From the NCBI GenBank assembly GCA_965248355.1, contig OZ252098.1, positions 4,544,001 through 4,608,000 of the forward strand: a DNA stretch of 64,000 nucleotides, in the 5' to 3' direction. Origin of the DNA: Candidatus Latescibacterota bacterium (GTDB lineage: Bacteria; Latescibacterota; UBA2968; UBA8231). Below, piece by piece: positions 60,201-64,000 of the stretch. The notes under the pieces are model-generated. The model was not told the origin of the DNA and searched no databases. It saw only the letters and a list, made by a program, of their open reading frames with translations. Position numbers and translations under genes: made by a program. Numbering within the stretch: the stretch's first letter is position 1; each line of letters opens with the position of its first letter.

Positions 60201-62278
60201 ACCCCCGGGTCCTGCGGCGGACCGGTGCCGGCGGAGTTCTGCGCCTTCACCTTGAACGTGTAAGCGGTTCCGTTGGTCAAGCCCCTGACGATGTAGCTGA
60301 CGGTGGTGGTTTCGCGGTCGCTAACGACAGTGCTGATGTATGTGTAGTTCGTGCCATTGTCGGAGCTTATGTGGTAGTTGGTTATTACCTCGTCGTCGCG
60401 GGTGTCGGTCCAAGTCAGCGTCACCTCGCCGTCGCCGCGCGTCGCAACGAGATTGGTCGGCGCAGTCGGCACCTCCGGCACCGGTGAGGCCGTCAGCTCA
60501 CTAATAGCACCATCACCGATATAGTTGTGGGCCCGCACCGCGAAGTCGTAGCTTGTGGCGTTTTCAAGTTCGTCGATGGTGGCTGTACTGGAAGCCTTGA
60601 TATCTACCCATTCCCCCCAAGCGTTGTCGTTTGTCTTCTTGTAGCGGACCTTGTAGATACTGGTGCGGCGATCAACATCGTCGGGGTCGGGGTCGCCCCA
60701 GCTCAGCTCGACCCTCTCGTGCTTGGGGGTGGCCGTGAGGTTGACCACGGCAACCGGCACCGCCCCCGGCTCCGCCCACGCCTTCGACGGCGCCCCCGCC
60801 CCCGAGGTGTTCACCGCCCGCACCGCAAAGGTGTACCCAGTCCAGTTGGTAAGACTCGTGACCGTGTGGCTGATGGTGCTGGCGCTGCTGCCGCTGATCG
60901 CGCTGTAGTTCGCGCCGTCGTCACTGCTGACCTCGTAGCCGTTGATGTTGCTGTCGCCCGGGTCGTCCCAGCTCAGCGTCACCTGACTATCGGCGGGCGT
61001 GGCCTGAAGGTTGTCCGGTGGGTCGGTGGGCCCCGCCACCGGGTATGCCGTCAATTCTGCCGACGGCCCGGCGGCGCTGCTGTCGTAGGCCCGCACCTCG
61101 AAGGTGTAGGACGTATAGTTGGTCAGGCCCGTCACCGTATGGCTGGTGGTGGTGGCGCCGCTGCTGGGAATATCCGTAAAGGGGTCGCTGTCGATTTTGA
61201 GCTGATACTTGCTGATCTCGGTGGTCTCCGGGTCGTCCCAGCTCAACGTCACCTGGCTGGCCCCGGGAGCGGCGGTGAGATTGCTCGGCGCGGCAAACAG
61301 AGGCGTCGCCGTCAACGAGTCCTCCGCCTCCGTGGGGGACACCGCCCCGATCACCGTACCCTCGGCGTTCGCCGTTCGCACTTTAAAGGTGTACGACGTG
61401 CCGTTGGTCAGGCCGTCAATGGTGTATTTGATGAATTCGCGGTTAACTGCATCAGGGTAGTAGGTCAGGTCGTTGGAATCAACGCTCGTGTAGCTATTGC
61501 CTCCGTCGCTGCTGAATTGATACTTGCTGATGACACTGTCTTTCGGGTCGCGCCAAGACAGCGTCACCCGACCGTAGCCAGGTGTGGCCCTGAGGCTTGA
61601 CAGCGCAGGAATCACCGGCGTCGTCTTCGTCGTATCAAACGTCGCCGCCGCCCCGTTCACCGCCCGCACCTTAATCGTGTAGTTCGTTCCGTTGGTCAGC
61701 TGATAGATGGAGTAGCCGAAAGTCTCGCTCTCGTGGCCTTGGTCTCTGACCTTACTGTAGTTCAAGCCGCCGTCCTTGCTGACCTCATAGCCCGTAATGC
61801 GGCTGTCTTGCGACTCCTTCCAGCGCAGCTGGACATAATTATCGCCGGGCCATGCTACAAGCTCCGTCGGCGCAGGTAACAGGGGCGTCGCCGTCACGGT
61901 GGCTGACGCGCCGGGGCCGGATTCGTCGTAGGCCCGTACAACGAACGTATAGGATGTGCCATTGGTGAGGCCCGCCACCGTGTGCCCGTTAGGCGTCTCG
62001 TCGCTGCACAGGATGTTGATGAAGTTCGATCCGCCGTCGGTGCTGATCTGATACTTGGTGATGTCGTCGTTTTCGGGGTCCGTCCAGCTCAGCGCCATTT
62101 CACCGTCACCGGGCGTCGCCGTCAGCCCCGTCGGCGCAGCCGGCACCGACTGGGCGTGGACGGCCAGCGGAACGATCAGGAGAGCGGCGGCGAGGGCGAC
62201 GAGCACCGGGGTGAAGCGGAAAACGGGGCTTCTGCTCCTGGGCAGGGGGTTCACACGTTCACTCGGCGGATCATTCAT
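48257..62278 (-). CDS. Giant surface protein: signal peptide, about 42 fibronectin type III repeats, Calx-beta-like domains, C-terminal autotransporter-like beta-barrel
   Basis: Signal ...PLAVHA/QS; Fn3 pattern AP.GL.A.PGDG.V.LSW...LTNGT.YTF.VRA.N; FAAASYTATE/FGQAEYEVKE domains; C-terminal amphipathic strands ending in F. Confidence 0.9.
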   Translation of the reverse strand: MNDPPSERVNPLPRSRSPVFRFTPVLVALAAALLIVPLAVHAQSVPAAPTGLTATPGDGEMALSWTDPENDDITKYQISTDGGSNFINILCSDETPNGHTVAGLTNGTSYTFVVRAYDESGPGASATVTATPLLPAPTELVAWPGDNYVQLRWKESQDSRITGYEVSKDGGLNYSKVRDQGHESETFGYSIYQLTNGTNYTIKVRAVNGAAATFDTTKTTPVIPALSSLRATPGYGRVTLSWRDPKDSVISKYQFSSDGGNSYTSVDSNDLTYYPDAVNREFIKYTIDGLTNGTSYTFKVRTANAEGTVIGAVSPTEAEDSLTATPLFAAPSNLTAAPGASQVTLSWDDPETTEISKYQLKIDSDPFTDIPSSGATTTSHTVTGLTNYTSYTFEVRAYDSSAAGPSAELTAYPVAGPTDPPDNLQATPADSQVTLSWDDPGDSNINGYEVSSDDGANYSAISGSSASTISHTVTSLTNWTGYTFAVRAVNTSGAGAPSKAWAEPGAVPVAVVNLTATPKHERVELSWGDPDPDDVDRRTSIYKVRYKKTNDNAWGEWVDIKASSTATIDELENATSYDFAVRAHNYIGDGAISELTASPVPEVPTAPTNLVATRGDGEVTLTWTDTRDDEVITNYHISSDNGTNYTYISTVVSDRETTTVSYIVRGLTNGTAYTFKVKAQNSAGTGPPQDPGVTETPLFAAPKGLQASPGGRQVTLTWDNPWDSSITGYEVSSDGGTNYSTIDNSGATTGATTTEHTVTGLAGGTEQPFTVRAVNGVAATVRETPLFASPADLSATVGDGQVTLNWTNPGNSAISGYEVSSDNGANYTPIAITTAHIVDSLSNGTEYSFAVRAVNCPANGVAAMVSATPLFAAPTNLGAKVGNGEVELSWTDPGNSSISGYEVSSDGGSSYNSISTSDATTTEHIVTGLANGTEYTFGVRAVNGAAAWVWATPTVTNVELPAAPSGLSATPGDGEVALSWTDPGNATISDYQVSSDGGSSYDTISGSGANTTSHTETGLTNGTEYTFAVRAVNVRGTGEPATATATPLAVPAAPSGLSATPGDGEVALSWTDPGNSSISGYEVSSDGGDYIEISGSGANTTSHTVDDLTNGTAYTFRVRAVNASGMGAASAAVSATPLAVPAAPSGLSATPGDGEVALSWTDPGNATISDYQVSSDGGSSYDTISGSGANTTSHTVDDLTNGTAYTFRVRAVNASGTGAASAAVSATPLAVPAAPSGLSATPGDGEVALSWTDPGNSSISGYEVSRDEGDYIEISGSGANTTSHTVDDLTNGTAYTFRVRAVNASGTGAASAAVSATPLFAAPTNLGAKVGNGEVELSWTDPGNSSISGYEVSSDGGSSYNSISTSDATTTEHIVTGLANGTEYTFGVRAVNGAAAWVWATPTVTNVELPAAPSGLSATPGDGEVALSWTDPGNATISDYQVSSDGGSSYDTISGSGAGTTGHTETGLTNGTEYTFAVRAVNVRGTGEPATATATPLAVPAAPSGLSAAPGDGEVALSWTDPGNSSISGYEVSSDGGDYIEISGSGANTTSHTVDDLTNGTAYTFRVRAVNASGTGAASAAVSATPLAVPAAPAGLSAAPGDGEVALSWTDPGNSSISGYEVSSDGGDYIEISGSDDETTDYTVTGLTNGTEYTFRVRAVNASGKGAASAAVSATPLAVPEAPAGLRAAPGDGQVALSWTDPGNSSISGYEVSSDGGDYIEISGSDDETTDYTVTGLTNGTAYTFRVRALNASGTGAASAPVSATPLAVPAAPAGLSAAPGDGQVALSWTDPGNSSISGYQVSRDDGSSYSPISGSGAGTTSHTVTSLTNGTAYTFRVRALNASGTGAASAPVSATPLAVPEAPAGLRAAPGDGQVALSWTDPGNSSISDYQVSSDDGSSYDTISGSGAGTTGHTVTSLTNGTAYTFRVRALNASGTGAASAAVSATPLAVPAAPAGLSAAPGDGQVALSWTDPGNSSISGYQVSRDGGDYIEISGSDAGTTGHTVTSLTNGTAYTFRVRAVNASGTGAASAPVSATPLAVPEAPAGLRAAPGDGQVALSWTDPGNSSISGYQVSSDDGTSYSPISGSDDETTDYTVTGLTNGTAYTFRVRAVNASGTGAASAAVSATPLAVPEAPAGLSAAPGDGEVALSWTDPGNSSISGYQVSSDGGDYIEISGSGAGTTGHTVTSLTNGTAYTFRVRALNASGTGAASAAVSATPLAVPEAPAGLSAAPGDGQVALSWTDPGNSSISGYQVSSDDGSSYDTISGSGAGTTGHTVTSLTNGTAYTFRVRAVNASGKGAASAPVSATPLAVPEAPAGLRAAPGDGQVALSWTEPGNSTISGYELSRDGGDYIEISGSDDETTDYTVTGLTNGTAYTFRVRAVNASGTGAASAAVSATPLAVPEAPAGLRAAPGDGEVALSWTDPGNSSISGYQVSSDDGSSYDTISGSDDETTDYTVTSLTNGTAYTFRVRAVNASGTGAASAPVSATPLAVPEAPAGLRAAPGDGQVALSWTDPGNSTISGYQVSSDDGSSYDTISGSDDETTDYTVTGLTNGTAYTFRVRAVNASGTGAASAAVSATPLAVPEALAVPEAPAGLRAAPGDGQVALSWTDPGNSSISDYQVSSDDGSSYDTISGSGAGTTGHTVTSLTNGTAYTFRVRAVNASGTGAASAPVSATPLAVPEAPAGLSAAPGDGEVALSWTDPGNSSISGYEVSSDGGDYIEISGSDDETTDYTVTGLTNGTEYTFRVRAVNASGKGAASAAVSATPLAVPEAPAGLSAAPGDGQVALSWTDPGNSSISGYEVSSDGGDYIEISGSDDETTDYTVTGLTNGTAYTFRVRAVNASGTGAASAPVSATPLAVPAAPAGLSAAPGDGQVALSWTDPGNSSISGYQVSRDDGSSYSPISGSGAGTTSHTVTSLTNGTAYTFRVRALNASGTGAASAPVSATPLAVPEAPAGLRAAPGDGQVALSWTDPGNSSISGYQVSSDDGSSYDTISGSGAGTTGHTVTSLTNGTAYTFRVRAVNASGTGAASAPVSATPLAVPEAPAGLSAAPGDGQVALSWTDPGNSSISGYQVSSDDGSSYDTISGSGAGTTGHTVTSLTNGTAYTFRVRAVNASGTGAASAPVSATPLAVPEAPAGLSAAPGDGQVALSWTDPGNSSISGYQVSRDDGSSYSPISGSGAGTTSHTVTSLTNGTAYTFRVRALNASGTGAASAAVSATPLAVPEAPAGLRAAPGDGEVALSWTDPGNSTISDYQVSSDDGSSYDTISGSGAGTTGHTVTSLTNGTAYTFRVRALNASGTGAASAPVSATPLAVPEAPAGLSAAPGDGQVALSWTEPGNSTISGYQVSSDDGSSYDTISGSGAGTTGHTVTSLTNGTAYTFRVRAVNASGKGAASAPVSATPLAVPAAPAGLRAAPGDGQVALSWTDPGNSSISGYELSRDGGDYIEISGSDDETTDYTVTGLTNGTAYTFRVRAVNASGTGAASAAVSATPLAVPEAPAGLRAAPGDGEVALSWTDPGNSSISDYQVSSDDGSSYDTISGSGAGTTGHTVTSLTNGTAYTFRVRAVNASGTGAASAPVSATPLAVPEAPAGLSAAPGDGEVALSWTDPGNSSISGYQVSSDDGTSYSPISGSDDETTDYTVTGLTNGTAYTFRVRALNASGTGAASAPVSATPLAAPAVPEALRAAPGDGEVALSWTDPGNSSISGYQVSSDGGDYIEISGSGAGTTGHTVTSLTNGTAYTFRVRAVNASGTGAASAAVSATPLAVPEAPAGLSAAPGDGQVALSWTDPGNSSISGYELSRDGGDYIEISGSGADTTGHTVTSLTNGTAYTFRVRALNASGTGAASAPVSATPRAPLMVMFAAASYTATENGDDATVTVALDQAADREVTVPLKTEPASGDFSLSATQVVFAVGDEAKTITVTAIDDADLDDEAVELRFGTLPADVTAGSQAKTTVPLDPASGDVDVRAGSSATTTVTLVDDDRVVLEVSFGQAEYEVKEGQRAGIEMKMSPAANRRVEVPLVVVFQNGTTPEDYSGVPASVVFGEGESEETIPVAVLADEVNDPGEGIVLSLGELPEAVNAGDPSATQVHFAQRRMAEQFSQTLEVMEAVIARSMGESAQAAIEDRFERHRQRSRSRPSVGAMPTPQPGRDNSATTLSPGDSKRTGSEDAGGRESEGSLVQSALGTAKTRVPTGSGWNSENRETGTPGSWLRSFSLGSLGNFVRSDQTHLGASPGSGMEPSGRVYGQDRQNASGIGDAPLGPGSGDFSGMRDRELSLSGVSFEMSPGESEEQTNWVPVLWGQGDLRHFNGDLTRTGMDYRGGLQAAHVGLDLPANERMLAGLSFMRGWGDLDYTDDGVDGALESRMNTVHPYLYWQPSERMSMWGIGGLGVGQLDVTEPGGTYGFDADFRMFAGGMRAVLNRRGDSEWGLRADAITTRLETDASEDIAKVSGEAHRGRLMLEWVHDKALSAGGSLSLKAEAGGRFDGGDADRGSGVETGFRLGYLDANLGLDVALHGRVLVVHESDYRNWGVGGQASWDPGEKQRGFRVSVKPSRGQDAGGRTTLWDNADAVMRPAGMRAMGIGSRYRMEGEVAYAGMKALGLPGLLTPYSWLRWAGQGRELALGTAWSLTARPQLALPATFELEGQRRESTTGRFDHGLLLRMSIPF
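50705..59665 (-). repeat. Near-identical 270/273-bp intragenic tandem repeat array (about 33 units)
   Basis: Recurring ...GGTGCCGTTGGTCAG...GTCCAGCTCAG...CCGTCACCCGGCG at about 271-bp period; unit count is a hand estimate. Confidence 0.95.
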
Positions 62279-62497
62279 CTCAGCTCAAAACCTGTTTCAA
62301 GAGAAGCACGCCACGGTCCTGGGGCGCATCAACTGAGCTGACCGGGAGGGTGTTTGATCCAGGCTTCTTCGAGCGCCGCGGCCCGGGGCCGCCCGGCACG
62401 AAGTGTTCGGGGCGGGCGGCGTAGGCTGCCGCGCTGCGCGCCCGAAGTGAACGTATTCGGGTGCAAACATGGCGATGCCGCCGTGCCGGTGCCTCTG

Positions 62498-62506
62498 ATT
62501 CTACCA
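62498..62506 (-). promoter_or_regulatory. Possible extended -10 promoter (TGGTAGAAT) for the giant gene
   Basis: TGnTAGAAT about 220 bp upstream of ATG 62278; motif match only. Confidence 0.3.
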
Positions 62507-62754
62507 CTGGTAATTGCACCATCGGAAGAACTCGCGGCAGAAAGCCGCCTCCTCCTCCATGCAATCCTCTGATAACCTGGGCTTCACCTCTGGATTCGGG
62601 CGAGATGTGGCGCCTCTTGCGGTGGCGTAGGCAGCCCTGTGGCAAGTTGGGGGAAATTAGGGAGGCATACTTCGTGGTCAACCCCCATCCCGCCCGGCCT
62701 GCGTCCCTGGATGAACACCGAAGGCGAGGTACGAGGCCGGGTGTCGGAGCCCCC

Positions 62755-63232
62755 TGTCAAGGGACATCCGGATTCGCGCACGCCTGGTGTTCGGGGGTCG
62801 GTGGTACGGGGGTAGTTGCCTCCCTGCTGAGGTGAAGCGTAGCACGAGGAGAGGAGATCCGCAAAGCCACCCGGGGCGTAGCACCTGCTCCTACGACAAC
62901 CGTCGTCGAACCACGGAAAATTGCTGTAACTGACTGCTATGGAATCACTTAACACATGGCCATAGTGCGGCAGACGATCCAGGATGGCAGTGCCATGGAG
63001 AAGCCGCTTGGCGCGCCCGACCAGCGTCGCGTAGCCGTCGAGAGGGCGTGTGGGCCCCTGCCAGTCCCAGCCTCTTCGCAGCACGATGCGCTGGGCGATG
63101 CCCCCCAAGGCGTGGGCGCCTCGAGATGATCGGGCGGCGCGTCCTCGTTACAGCGCGGGTCGATCCGAAGGGCACGCAGTATTCGCGTCCGTCGAAGCGC
63201 ACCAGGCCGTCGCGGCCCACCTGGTGCCGCAC
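62755..63232 (-). mobile_element. Degenerate IS21-family remnant (istA and istB fragments, possible right end)
   Basis: VGRDGLVRFDGREYCVP (IstA C-terminal-like); TAILDRLPHYGHVL (IstB C-terminal-like); ...TTGACA end at 62755-62760. Confidence 0.6.
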
Positions 63233-63275
63233 CGCTGTGGATATCTGCGCGGAGAGCGGTGGTCAATAGAGGCGC

Positions 63276-64000
63276 TCAATCACCGGCCCTCTCTTCGGTG
63301 GGTTCCTCCGCCTCGGGAGGCACCTGGCTCGGCTCCTCGCCGTTGAAGGCGACGTTCAGGAGAATGGTGGAAGAGTAAGGAGGCCTGCCGGCGCTGCCCC
63401 CGGACGGGCGCCACTTCGTGGGGAACAGGACCCTCTGCACATCCTCGTACTCCTCAAAGCGGGTCGTCCACACCGGGCTCCTCCTCCCTTGATGGCCCTT
63501 CTGGCTTCGGAACCACTCCTCTTCCCTCTCCGAAGCCCTTCTTCCACGGCCGTGAGCAGGGCGTCGTCCGCATCCACGGAGGGGAATTCAGCGGCCAGCG
63601 GCCTTCGAAAAGGCGGGAGAAGGCCCCAAGCTCGTATTAGGGGACCATGTGGGAATAGCTGGGGAAGACCTCCTCCGCACGTAGGGTGCGCGCTTCCAGG
63701 GGTGGACACTGCCGGGCTCGAAGCGCCAGACGGCCACGGGATGGACATAGGAGCGCACGTTGTAGACGACTCCCGACAGATAGCGGGTCGTGGCGCGAAC
63801 CCACACCACGGCGGACATGGAGTGAAGGGCCTCGAGCCGGTCCACGCCGCCCATGGCGTCCAGGCACGCCAGGACGCTGGCGGGCCCTTCTTGCGGGGGC
63901 GCTCTCCTGATCGGTCGTGTCGGCGTCCGGCAGCCAGAGCCGCGCGTAAGCGTCGCGTTCCTCCATGGAAAGCGGCGGCCCGAAGTCCTGGGCTCTCACC
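63276..64000 (-). pseudogene. Decayed paralog of the 37068-38339 gene (5' part off the window)
   Basis: Shared peptides MEERDAYARLW, MGGVDRLEALHSM, WTTRFE.YE, FNGE.PSQVPPE spread over different frames, plus an internal deletion. Confidence 0.85.

Noticed and set aside
51080..60487. 3135-aa plus-strand ORF
   Set aside because: Antisense shadow of the GC-rich Fn3 repeats; Arg-rich, no domain signal.
62280..62497. Riboswitch in the long leader of the giant gene
   Set aside because: GC hairpins are present but no aptamer I recognise; an Rfam/Infernal scan would be needed.

Overview
A very GC-rich bacterial chromosomal segment; gene content (sulfatases, Gfo/Idh/MocA, amidohydrolases, PhyH, giant Fn3 surface protein, many pseudogenes and IS) resembles host-associated, e.g. 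sponge-symbiont, lineages, which is inference only. Layout: (1) 1-10.7 kb, minus-strand nuoABCD-HIJKLMN complex I operon with no nuoEFG and an IS630 inside the nuoD stop codon; (2) 10.7-27.8 kb, metabolic and regulatory genes: mazG, CDGSH Fe-S protein, cytochrome-like lipoprotein, SMP-30, PhyH, orphan parA, two divergent sensor-less sigma54 activators, DUF4954, nagB, ACP, Re-citrate synthase, ferritin, sulfatase; (3) about 27.9-35.6 kb, a defence-like island with a broken hicAB and an Ssp/BREX-4-like phosphorothioation cassette (cysteine desulfurase, DUF4007, PAPS-reductase-like) that lacks its ATPase, is hit by an IS630 and is followed by a PT-binding (SBD)-HNH nuclease; (4) 35.6-48.2 kb, mixed genes, IS256-split higBA, a class II Fic protein, a third IS630 and an ISL3 remnant; (5) 48.3-62.3 kb, a 4673-aa protein with about 42 mosaic Fn3 repeats and a C-terminal beta-barrel; (6) an IS21 remnant and a decayed paralog of the 37-38 kb gene. 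I recognised no rRNA, tRNA or CRISPR array. All family calls come from recognising motifs by eye, not from database searches.
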